DNA of 51,631 nt from a virus (lineage: Duplodnaviria > Caudoviricetes): IMG/VR virus record IMGVR_UViG_3300032282_002376, positions 1 through 51,631 of that record; one strand, given 5' to 3'. The position numbers were made by a program, and so were the translations under genes. The notes under the pieces are model-generated. The model was not told the DNA's origin and searched no databases. It saw only the letters and a program-made list of their open reading frames with translations. Of the stretch, positions 26,744-34,431 are shown piece after piece; within the stretch, counting starts at the first letter, position 1, and each line of letters starts with the position of its first letter.

Positions 26744-26993
26744 ATTTCAAGTCCTCTAATTTTAACATGTATCCTTGCTTGGTAAGCCCACGCCATGGTA
26801 AGTGCTGGTCTTCGCTGACGTGCTGTTCTTTGTAACTGATTACTGCCTCATCAGGTAAGTGCCCTACAAAATACCAAAGACTTCCGTCCCAGTAAGCGTA
26901 GCCCAAGCCTGACCTGTACTGACGTTCAAATACGCCGTGGGTTTCAGGCTTCTGATAAGACCAGTCAGAATGCGTTCTTTGCTCAAACATCAT
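26736..26993 (-). CDS. Hypothetical protein
   Basis: KPE..GV.ER, YAYWDG..W, WRGL pattern seen in small phage proteins. Confidence 0.6.
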   Translation of the reverse strand: MMFEQRTHSDWSYQKPETHGVFERQYRSGLGYAYWDGSLWYFVGHLPDEAVISYKEQHVSEDQHLPWRGLTKQGYMLKLEDLKYA

Positions 26994-27340
26994 GTGTTCT
27001 TCTCCTTGAGTTTGGCTTCAGTTATAGACACAGCATCTATTGGAACTTCCAGTGCGATCTCCTCCCGTTCCTCATCCGTCAGCCCTACCCATGTGCGCTG
27101 TGGTGATGTGTAGAGTTTTGTACCAATAGGCAATGCAGGCTCATGCCACCAAGAATGTGTTACGTTTGCCCCTGATTCAGATATTACTGTTGCCACAGGC
27201 TCATCTTTTGTTTCTAGTGTTTCTTTGATGGCGGTAATACAGGCGTACATTTCAGGCTCAAAGTCTGCCAATACCCATCCACCTCTGTTGATTCGTATTA
27301 TCAACTGCAGAGCCATTTCTAATGCTTTATCTTTGGTCAT
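26990..27340 (-). CDS. Hypothetical phage protein (PQRTWVGLTDEE family)
   Basis: EPVA...LYTSPQRTWVGLTDEE...EAKLKEKN modular pattern; GGAG RBS. Confidence 0.65.
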   Translation of the reverse strand: MTKDKALEMALQLIIRINRGGWVLADFEPEMYACITAIKETLETKDEPVATVISESGANVTHSWWHEPALPIGTKLYTSPQRTWVGLTDEEREEIALEVPIDAVSITEAKLKEKNT

Positions 27341-27445
27341 TCATCTTCTCCACAATCACGAATAAACATAAGCCGAATATACCGACAAGAACCAAGAAGC
27401 CAGCAGTGATGAGCGCCCAAGTTATGATATTCAAGATGTAATCCA

Positions 27446-27691
27446 TCACCGTTTCATCTCCCGAACGATAACAGCGAAGGATGCGGCAGTGTCAGTCATC
27501 GGTCTCATCGCTTCAAACTTCTGCGCTACTTCCTCAAGCAACTCATTTCTAACGTGACGCTCAAACTCGTCAATCATCAGCTTGTTGCCTTGTATTTCAG
27601 TGACCTCACGCTTACGCCAGCCTACAGTTCGTTGCACGGTCTGCTTTTTCATTAAGTCATCAAACGCTTCGTCTTCAGGTTCTTTCATCAT
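27446..27691 (-). CDS. Hypothetical protein
   Basis: RNE.LEEVA...DTAASFA..VR.MK pattern. Confidence 0.55.
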   Translation of the reverse strand: MMKEPEDEAFDDLMKKQTVQRTVGWRKREVTEIQGNKLMIDEFERHVRNELLEEVAQKFEAMRPMTDTAASFAVIVREMKR

Positions 27692-27864
27692 TGTCTAGCC
27701 CTCACTCTTAACATCGCGTCAGCGACGCGGTAAGCGTCCTCAGCGTCTTCCTCATATTCAGTTTCAGGGTTATTGACAAAAACAGGTAAGACCTGAATAG
27801 CGATGTAGTCGCGTATGTTTAAGTCTTCAAGTTCTGGCGACATCGCAATAGGTATATCATTCAT
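27688..27864 (-). CDS. Hypothetical protein (RDY.A...AY..ADAML family)
   Basis: Start reassigned to MNDIP after GAGGA; paralog of the next ORF. Confidence 0.6.
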   Translation of the reverse strand: MNDIPIAMSPELEDLNIRDYIAIQVLPVFVNNPETEYEEDAEDAYRVADAMLRVRARQ

Positions 27865-28129
27865 TGGGTTTGTCCTCAGTTGATTCAGTTGTTTCTTCAA
27901 CGACCCCTTCGTCCTCTTCAACGGCTTCTTCCTCAGGTTCAACTAGCGTGCCGTTGCTCGCCTCGATCATGGCGTCAGCCATTTGGTAAGCCCAAAGCGC
28001 AGTGCCTTCGGTGCGTAGCGTTTCTCCTGGTTGCAATGAGCTAACCATGCCGTGCATAGCGATCATTGCTGCCATGTCGCGGTAGTGCAACGTGCTTATG
28101 TTTTCTACAATTTCTTTAGGGATCGTCAT
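27857..28129 (-). CDS. Hypothetical protein (RD..A...AY..ADAM family) with acidic tail
   Basis: GAGGAG RBS; RDMAAMIAM...AYQMADAMIEA. Confidence 0.6.
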   Translation of the reverse strand: MTIPKEIVENISTLHYRDMAAMIAMHGMVSSLQPGETLRTEGTALWAYQMADAMIEASNGTLVEPEEEAVEEDEGVVEETTESTEDKPNE

Positions 28130-28242
28130 TTAAAGGTACTCCTCAGGGTTTAAGAAAGAACAACACATAGATTAGTAATGGACCGCCAAACAAGGCAGCG
28201 CATATCAAAGATAGTACGAAGTGGTAAACAGCGCGTTTCAGT

Positions 28243-28488
28243 TTAGCAAATATCATCATCATTCTCCTGCAAAGACAAGATATAAACATAGGCAGATTCT
28301 TCCAAGTCCCTAAAGACCCTGTCGTTTAGCATGTCAGTCATATCGACTGTGAGATAACGCACCGTGTTGATATAGATGCCAGCAGGTTCAAGAGGCTCAT
28401 TGAAGCCGTCGCCTGTTTCAGGCTCATACTCAAAGTCAATATCAAGGTACTGGTCAGTTTTTGGTATCTGGTATTTGAAATTAAACAC
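28243..28488 (-). CDS. Hypothetical acidic protein
   Basis: ORF in the early gene array. Confidence 0.55.
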   Translation of the reverse strand: MFNFKYQIPKTDQYLDIDFEYEPETGDGFNEPLEPAGIYINTVRYLTVDMTDMLNDRVFRDLEESAYVYILSLQENDDDIC

Positions 28489-28801
28489 GTGAGCCCCTTT
28501 TTAAAAGATCATAAACATGGTAGAGCGCCTTGCTAGACTTCCCGCCCACGTGCCATTGGGCTATGGTGTCGACGTCTTTTCCGGAAGCACCTAAGTAGTT
28601 CTTACCATCTTTCCAGTTGTAAACCACGGCAATGGTGCCGTCATCAAAGACGATATGCCATTCAGCGTCGGTCTTGTACCCGTCACCCTTGGTAGGCTCG
28701 CCAAACAGTTTGAAAAGGTCTTGAAAGTCGGCATCAATCGCGCCTACAAGACCGCATCCGTTGACCATGATGTCGGTGTCGTTGTGTGTTTTGTAAGCCA
28801 T
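28481..28801 (-). CDS. Hypothetical phage protein
   Basis: LFGEP...DGYKTDAEW...YNWK...WHVGG pattern; TAATG coupling. Confidence 0.65.
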   Translation of the reverse strand: MAYKTHNDTDIMVNGCGLVGAIDADFQDLFKLFGEPTKGDGYKTDAEWHIVFDDGTIAVVYNWKDGKNYLGASGKDVDTIAQWHVGGKSSKALYHVYDLLKRGSRV

Positions 28802-29070
28802 TACACCACCTCGTCGATTTGACCCATGATATCCTCAAGGGATGATATGGCGTCGTCAAGGTTGCTAGACGCGTCGTCAAGAGTGCTAAGACCTTCTTCC
28901 ATGGCTTGGCCACGGTCAGCCTGCTGAAGCCCCTCAGGCATGTTGTCGAAAGCTTCCTGCTCTTCGTTAATAACGCCCTCAAGTTCGTCTTTGGCGTTAG
29001 CTAAATCGCTCAAGGCGGATTCGATTCTAGAGCGGATGTTTTCTAATTCTTTACGGCGTGTGTCATTCAT
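28801..29070 (-). CDS. Acidic coiled-coil phage protein
   Basis: MN..RRK.L...EEQEAFDNMPEGLQ..DRG..M pattern; strong RBS. Confidence 0.7.
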   Translation of the reverse strand: MNDTRRKELENIRSRIESALSDLANAKDELEGVINEEQEAFDNMPEGLQQADRGQAMEEGLSTLDDASSNLDDAISSLEDIMGQIDEVV

Positions 29071-29201
29071 GATTTTCTCCTCGGAGTGAAGTTGTTAAGT
29101 TACTAGTTCAAGTCGGCTTTGTTGGCCTGTTTAAATTATAAGGCTGTTTAGGTCAGCGTGGCTAATTGTAATTATTAAACACGCGACCTGAGTTGATAGG
29201 C

Positions 29202-29402
29202 TTACGCTATCACCTCGTGTTCCTTGCCAAGGTCTTTCGACAGCTGGGCGTATACCGTTTTGCGGTTGCCCTTGTAGCCCATCTTTTTCAAGACGGCAAG
29301 AGCTGAAGAGCGAAACTTCAGTCCTTGGATCTCGAGCTTCAGCATTTTGTGCAAGGTGAGCATTCTAAAAAGCTCAATGTTGTCTGGTCCTGTGATCATC
29401 AT
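29202..29402 (-). CDS. Hypothetical basic protein
   Basis: Early gene array ORF. Confidence 0.55.
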   Translation of the reverse strand: MMITGPDNIELFRMLTLHKMLKLEIQGLKFRSSALAVLKKMGYKGNRKTVYAQLSKDLGKEHEVIA

Positions 29403-29404
29403 GT

Positions 29405-29638
29405 TTATACCCCTAGTGCGTAGTTACGAAGTGCGCGAACGTAAGGCTTGTACTGCCCTCTGCCGTGGTTCTTTGCGTTGTTATGCCAAGCCACCACGAT
29501 GGTGCCTGAGGGCTTGATGCCTAAGAAGCGACCCTTGGAAGAGGGCTCTCCTGCATAGACCCATTGTCCTGGTTGGAGGCTTTTGAGCAGGTACTGCCCG
29601 TGGGCGCTCCATATGTCGATTGCTTTACGAAATTTCAT
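29405..29638 (-). CDS. Hypothetical protein
   Basis: AAGGAG RBS; LQPGQWV motif. Confidence 0.6.
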   Translation of the reverse strand: MKFRKAIDIWSAHGQYLLKSLQPGQWVYAGEPSSKGRFLGIKPSGTIVVAWHNNAKNHGRGQYKPYVRALRNYALGV

Positions 29639-29649
29639 GTTAGTACTCC

Positions 29650-29883
29650 TTATGCAACTTGGGGTTCTTCTTCTTCGATCAGCTCAACCAGCGCTTTCAT
29701 TGCTTCAACGATCGTGTTAAAATAGCATTTCTTTTTGTCTGAGTCCTTCAAGAAGTAGCCTGAAATGGGACCTGTTGAAATCCAGACGCTGTAGACGGTC
29801 ATCCCGTCCTCGTCTAGCTCGTCACCGATCTGGTATGAGTTGAAAAGGTCTTCTGATTCTAGATTAACGATAACTGAATTCAT
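29650..29883 (-). CDS. Hypothetical acidic protein
   Basis: GGAG RBS; ATGA coupling. Confidence 0.55.
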   Translation of the reverse strand: MNSVIVNLESEDLFNSYQIGDELDEDGMTVYSVWISTGPISGYFLKDSDKKKCYFNTIVEAMKALVELIEEEEPQVA

Positions 29884-30122
29884 GATTTTTCTCCATTACA
29901 ATATTGGCAAGGGCATACTTCCACGTACTTGAGCGCGACGCGTATTTCACGCATATTGTCGAAGCCTCTGCAATGAGAAGCGTGTTTTTCATTTTCGTGA
30001 GCTTCAAAGGCGTAGGGCTTGTTCAGCCAAACGAAGTAATCAGTGGGACTGTCGATGATGATTTCATTTACTTTCTTCCGCATGTACTTTGGGATTTGAT
30101 CGCCTGTGACGTAATCAGTCAT
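29880..30122 (-). CDS. Hypothetical protein with C-terminal CPCQYC
   Basis: Start reassigned to MTDYV after AGGAGCACACC. Confidence 0.55.
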   Translation of the reverse strand: MTDYVTGDQIPKYMRKKVNEIIIDSPTDYFVWLNKPYAFEAHENEKHASHCRGFDNMREIRVALKYVEVCPCQYCNGEKS

Positions 30123-30141
30123 GGTGTGCTCCTGTTGGTAA

Positions 30142-30405
30142 TTAAATTTGTGGATCACCGTAAGGGTGATAGTCACCTAGGTCTTGGTCTTCAATCTCGG
30201 AACTAAAGTCGTACCCGAAAGCGATCAGGTTTTCAAGAAGGCTATCAGCTAACAGCTGCGCGTTCCTGTCTCCTGCAGGGAGGTCTTGTACTATGTTTTC
30301 ATAGTTGGCTTCGATGTGCGTGCGGAGGATGCTTTTGAATCCTTGCTCCTCCCAGTCACCGTGTGCGTTTTTGATGATGGAAAGGGTGAGTTCTTTGAAT
30401 TTCAT
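30142..30405 (-). CDS. Hypothetical protein
   Basis: Same AGGAGCACACC-ATG leader as the neighbouring gene. Confidence 0.55.
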   Translation of the reverse strand: MKFKELTLSIIKNAHGDWEEQGFKSILRTHIEANYENIVQDLPAGDRNAQLLADSLLENLIAFGYDFSSEIEDQDLGDYHPYGDPQI

Positions 30406-30415
30406 GGTGTGCTCC

Positions 30416-31012
30416 TTACTTTGCTTTTGTTGGTCTTTGAATAACAGTTTGCTTTACGCCGTCACGCACGCCGTGCTCTTTCACGGTGGCGGATATGGTG
30501 AAGGTGTCGCCTTTGCCACGAACGGTGCCTTCGGGTGTCCAAGCCATCACGTCAGAGTTGCCTTTGTAGATCACGATGTTTTGGTCGGCATCTTCCATGA
30601 TGTAAATGTAACTAGTGCCGTAAATGCCTTCCAAAGAAACAATGTGGCGGATTGTGAGGTTGAGTGTTATCTTTTGACCAACGGTTCCCAAGTGCTGACG
30701 GGTTGCGTCTAGAGCTGCTTTTTGATTAGCCCACTCTGCCTTGCGTGCGGCATGGGCGTCTATACCCTTGAGGACGGCTTGAGATTGCTTCTCTGACAGC
30801 TTGCCGTACTTGTCGTAGGCTTCAGCCACAGAGCCGATGAAGCTGTCTGTGTAGCCGTTGTTTGTGCGTCCTGCGTTCAAGGCTTCATCAATCTCTGATG
30901 CGCGAGGTGTGTTGGCGTACCAAGTTTTGTTAGCATTGGCGATGATGTTGCGTTTGATAGCGTTTTCATACGCCACTGGGTTTTCGATGATGGGGGAAAA
31001 GTTTCTAGCCAT
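30416..31012 (-). CDS. Phage protein with C-terminal OB-fold-like domain
   Basis: GKLSEKQ helix; HLGTVG.K...YG...MED...ATVKEH...GVKQT...RP pattern. Confidence 0.65.
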   Translation of the reverse strand: MARNFSPIIENPVAYENAIKRNIIANANKTWYANTPRASEIDEALNAGRTNNGYTDSFIGSVAEAYDKYGKLSEKQSQAVLKGIDAHAARKAEWANQKAALDATRQHLGTVGQKITLNLTIRHIVSLEGIYGTSYIYIMEDADQNIVIYKGNSDVMAWTPEGTVRGKGDTFTISATVKEHGVRDGVKQTVIQRPTKAK

Positions 31013-31033
31013 GAAGGTCTCCTCGGAGGTTGA

Positions 31034-31225
31034 TTAAAGTGCTAGCTCGGCTTGCTTGATGGCGATAGCGTAACCAAGAGCCTTGATGCCCTTGATTGCG
31101 TTGGCGGTGAGGGTCGTTGTAGAAGCGATAGCTGCGAATGCCTTGGCTGCGTCACACACAGGGTAGACTACCTGTTTGCCGTAGACTTCTTTGATTTCTA
31201 CTGTGATTTGAAGTGATGTTGTCAT
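31034..31225 (-). CDS. Hypothetical protein
   Basis: K.VYG...YP.C..A..FA.IA...TLT...IK.LGY pattern. Confidence 0.6.
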   Translation of the reverse strand: MTTSLQITVEIKEVYGKQVVYPVCDAAKAFAAIASTTTLTANAIKGIKALGYAIAIKQAELAL

Positions 31226-31416
31226 GCTGTCACCTCTTTTGACAAGATGGCTTGTAAACCAGCCAACAACTGCTGGGCTTCGTCGCGGGTCAGGAATGCG
31301 TAAGTGTCGCTTCTGTTTACGCTAATTTCTAGCCGAGCACCCCCGTCGTACCAATCAGAGATATTAACACGGGGAGTGTCTTGTGTGCGGATGGTGATGT
31401 CAATTTTATGTATCAT
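31222..31416 (-). CDS. Hypothetical protein
   Basis: GAGG RBS downstream of a TATAAT box. Confidence 0.55.
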   Translation of the reverse strand: MIHKIDITIRTQDTPRVNISDWYDGGARLEISVNRSDTYAFLTRDEAQQLLAGLQAILSKEVTA

Positions 31417-31551
31417 TTTGATTTCCTCAGAAAAGTTAAGAAGTTATGTATGGTGTTTTAAGCACCATGAGTTAATTATAAGTCAATTCGTTAACGAAAG
31501 GGGCGAAAATAAGCATTGTATTATTTAATCGCCCTTTGCGTCGTCATAGCG

Positions 31552-31701
31552 TCAAGCTAATGACCAATGTATATCGCGCACGTTGCGGTCCTTGGACAGA
31601 CGAGTGAGCGTGGCTTGCAGTTGCTTGGCGGTGCAATCAATTGCTCTGTGCTCGTGGTGATCGCCGTGTGTGCGTACGATAAATGTGATGGTGTAGTGCA
31701 T
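31552..31701 (-). CDS. 49-aa hypothetical protein (absent from the ORF track)
   Basis: MHYTITFIVRTHGDHHEHRAIDC...; AAGGAG RBS, TAATG coupling. Confidence 0.5.
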   Translation of the reverse strand: MHYTITFIVRTHGDHHEHRAIDCTAKQLQATLTRLSKDRNVRDIHWSLA

Positions 31702-32084
31702 TAGTTTGCTCCTTCAGTTGTTAAGGCTACCGCAAGTGCTGCGTTCAGCTCTTTTTCTGCTATGAACTTTTCGGCGTTCTCAATGTCCCATTGAAGACCT
31801 CGTATCACGACATAGATGTCGGCGTGCTTAACACGCTTCTTACCGATCAGGGCGGAGAGGTGGTTGGTGTAGAAGTAGTTCAAAGCACCGTAGGCGATGA
31901 TAGCTCCTGACATTGCCTTGCCTTCGTCAACGAGTGTGTCTATGCGTGCGTCAACGGCTTTCTTCTTTGCGTACAAGCCGTTCGGGTTGAAATAATGGAA
32001 CAGTGCCATTTCTCTATGCGTCCATGAGCGCTGAGTCTCAGTGGCCTTCTCTGTGATGAAGCGGTAGAATTTGTAGTCTGACAT
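31701..32084 (-). CDS. Hypothetical protein
   Basis: Start reassigned to MSDYKF after TAAGGAG. Confidence 0.6.
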   Translation of the reverse strand: MSDYKFYRFITEKATETQRSWTHREMALFHYFNPNGLYAKKKAVDARIDTLVDEGKAMSGAIIAYGALNYFYTNHLSALIGKKRVKHADIYVVIRGLQWDIENAEKFIAEKELNAALAVALTTEGAN

Positions 32085-32097
32085 GATGAAGGGCTCC

Positions 32098-32331
32098 TTA
32101 GATGAAAGTACAAGTAAGTTTCCAGCAGTCGCTAGCGAGTTCTTCGGTTTTTGTATTTCCACCGATGTATCCACCATGGAAGCCGTAAGCGTTTTCAAGG
32201 ATCAAAGTCGGGTTTTTGTATCCGCTGAGTTTGATTCCAATCACGATGCCTGATTGCTCGATGTCGCACTTGAAGCCTACGCTATCGCCTACTTTGATTT
32301 CATTACCGTCGATGTCTTTTGCTATGATCAT
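32098..32331 (-). CDS. Hypothetical SH3-like small protein
   Basis: D.DGNEIKVGD.V pattern; CTCCGAGGAG RBS. Confidence 0.6.
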   Translation of the reverse strand: MIIAKDIDGNEIKVGDSVGFKCDIEQSGIVIGIKLSGYKNPTLILENAYGFHGGYIGGNTKTEELASDCWKLTCTFI

Positions 32332-32351
32332 TTGATTCTCCTCGGAGTGGG

Positions 32352-32558
32352 TTAATTAGATTGGTCTTTTTTGTGGTTGCGTGCAAAGGTGCAAAGGGTT
32401 TCGTGGAGCTTTGAATCGGCACGAACCTTGCGTGGTGTATGTTGGTGGTGAACCTCGTCTGCGTCATACCTAGAAAGAAACACGCAATATTGAGTGCCTT
32501 CATGCTCAATGACGTAGTTAGTTCCACCTACGCTAGAGCTGATTTCTATGATGTTCAT
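32352..32558 (-). CDS. Hypothetical protein
   Basis: Start reassigned to MNIIEI after CTCTGAGGAGAACCAT. Confidence 0.6.
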   Translation of the reverse strand: MNIIEISSSVGGTNYVIEHEGTQYCVFLSRYDADEVHHQHTPRKVRADSKLHETLCTFARNHKKDQSN

Positions 32559-32629
32559 ATGGTTCTCCTCAGAGTTTGTTTGCTTAATACTAGCATCGCT
32601 GCTAGTTTCGCCCATTCAGGGCTCGTCAG

Positions 32630-32860
32630 TTAAGCTTCTACTTTTTGAATTGTCACGACGCAACCGTAAGTGCTTACACCGCGAACACAGCTCAAATTGT
32701 CAAAAGTGGGTGGGTTGTCCAAGTGATAAAATTGCTCAGAGATGGCGCACTCAACGCTGTAGCCTAGCATATCTTGGAAGCGTTTTAGAGCGGCACTCTT
32801 GGTCTTGTAAACACGCTTGTCAGATCCGTCGACGTCTCTTGTAGTTACGATGTATTGCAT
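32630..32860 (-). CDS. Hypothetical protein, first gene of the leftward arm
   Basis: CTCCGAGGAGAACCAT-ATG, with TATAAT 50 nt upstream. Confidence 0.6.
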   Translation of the reverse strand: MQYIVTTRDVDGSDKRVYKTKSAALKRFQDMLGYSVECAISEQFYHLDNPPTFDNLSCVRGVSTYGCVVTIQKVEA

Positions 32861-32910
32861 ATGGTTCTCCTCGGAGGTTGGTTAGTTATAAGTTGACTGC
32901 CTAAGAGTTA

Positions 32911-32921
32911 ATTATAACCTA
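32911..32921 (-). promoter_or_regulatory. Leftward early promoter -10 (TAGGTTATAAT)
   Basis: Repeated motif at the head of the - strand arm. Confidence 0.6.
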
Positions 32922-33110
32922 AAAAGGGCTTGCGCGCTAGTTTTTTAGCTGTTTATTAACGTGATTAATAAATACAATGATGACTTGGCGTCTGTGGGCT
33001 ACATAGGGGTAGGCTTTGGTGGTTTTGATAGGCTCTGCCTATGGCGTCGGTGGCTGGTTACGGATAAGCAATTTAAATTTTGTCTTAACACTATCGGAAG
33101 TGTGCCTGGA

Positions 33111-33213
33111 GCGGAACGATAGAGGAAGTTTTAGAAAGCAAGGTACGAGGTGCTTCGATCGTTAGTGCTCTAAGGGGTTAGCCAAGGGTCAAAGTGCGGA
33201 ACGATAGAGGAAG
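33111..33213 (+). repeat. Two perfect 18-bp direct repeats GCGGAACGATAGAGGAAG
   Basis: Copies at 33111-33128 and 33196-33213. Confidence 0.9.
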
Positions 33214-33516
33214 CGCACGTGTGGACGGGTGAATAGTAGGCTATAATAAGGGGTCTTTTGCAAAGTACAGGTAGCAGTTGCCTGCTTTTTAGGGCTGGTC
33301 TTCATGATGGGGGTCAGCCCTTCTTTTTGGGTAAAAGTGTGGGTGGTGTTAGGGATATAGGGATGTGTGGAGGAGCCCTCTATAATATTTAAAAATGGCA
33401 GGAGAGGCTAAACCTTTAGTTTTAATTTCTTATTTTCTACTACTTTTTCTCATAATCTTAATTAGATATATCCCTAGTTTCCTAAATAAAAGAAGCCCCT
33501 CCCCGAGAACTGATGG

Positions 33517-33643
33517 TTAGCAATGGTGTTAGCAATGGTCTAGCAATGTTAGCAATGGTGCTTAGGGTTTACACCTAGTGTGTTAGGGTTTCCCCGCCCC
33601 ACCATTGCTAACATCCCTAACACATCCCTAACACATCCCTAAC
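33517..33643. repeat. Iteron-like repeat cluster: TAGCAATG x4 plus one inverted copy, then ACATCCCTAAC x3
   Basis: Direct copies at 33517, 33529, 33541, 33549; inverted copy 33600-33612; perfect 11-bp tandem 33611-33643. Confidence 0.9.
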
Positions 33644-33757
33644 AGGACTTGCTTATGTAGGCGCCGATATAAGACGAGGTAATATCATAGCTTTTAGTTA
33701 TATAGAAAATCCTGCGGAGCACGCCCCTGATCGTGCACTGACGGCAAGGAGCGGTCT

Positions 33758-33768
33758 TAGGCTATAAT
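33758..33768 (+). promoter_or_regulatory. Rightward -10 box (TAGGCTATAAT) for the packaging genes
   Basis: 33 nt upstream of the TerS start; the same 11-mer occurs at 33237-33247. Confidence 0.55.
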
Positions 33769-33801
33769 AGCAGTATTTGGACTCTCGAAGGAGACTCGGC
33801 T

Positions 33802-34290
33802 TTGTACGACGAAAACCCCAACACAATGACAATCGAACAAGTGGAGGCTTGGCTTGCTGCTAAGCATCCCGCTCCCATCATGGAAGAGAAGGAGGAGTAC
33901 ACGGACTTCATGCAGCGCCAAGCTCACTATGCGCAGTACTACAACGCAGTACAGTCGCGCAAGGCAGAGCTAGAGCTCCAGCAGAAGCAGCTGCTCATCC
34001 CTCTCCCTCCAGTTGGCGAGGACATCGCTGCCGTCATTGACTGGGTGCAGGCCACGGGCACGACGCCAGTCGAGACGCTGACGCAGATCTACCGCAGCAA
34101 GAGCGAGCGGACGGCAGACAGGATCAATGCTGCGAAGGCAGTCATGGACCTCGTCCACCGCAGGATGCCGTCAGTGAGCGAGGTCATCACGCACGACGCT
34201 GGCGACGACGAGGAGCACCTCAACATGCTGCGCAAGATCGAGGCACTGCTCATCTCGGAGAAGACGTCCGCTCTACGGCGAGTAGCATGA
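33802..34290 (+). CDS. terS: Putative terminase small subunit
   Basis: Directly upstream of TerL; TP.E.L...RI.AAK..MD.VH oligomerisation-like helices; TTG start with AAGGAG RBS. Confidence 0.6.
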   Translation: MYDENPNTMTIEQVEAWLAAKHPAPIMEEKEEYTDFMQRQAHYAQYYNAVQSRKAELELQQKQLLIPLPPVGEDIAAVIDWVQATGTTPVETLTQIYRSKSERTADRINAAKAVMDLVHRRMPSVSEVITHDAGDDEEHLNMLRKIEALLISEKTSALRRVA

Positions 34291-34431
34291 CTCGCTGGTC
34301 CACCATTAGACACGCTGTCGTCGGCGCACTGAGGACTGCTGCTCTCGTAGCAGCTTCCTAGGTCGCGTCATGAGCTCGTCTGGCTGGTCCCCCATTGAGA
34401 GGCTCGCGATCCTCCCTGAGAGGACTTTCGC

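Noticed and set aside
33517-33643. Short repeats as a CRISPR or mini-array
   Set aside because: Units are 8-13 bp, abutting or irregular, with no unique spacers of constant length
33348-33643. TTAGGG/CCCTAA as eukaryotic telomere repeats
   Set aside because: The hexamer sits inside 11-bp units rather than a (TTAGGG)n tract; internal position in a phage genome with no protelomerase
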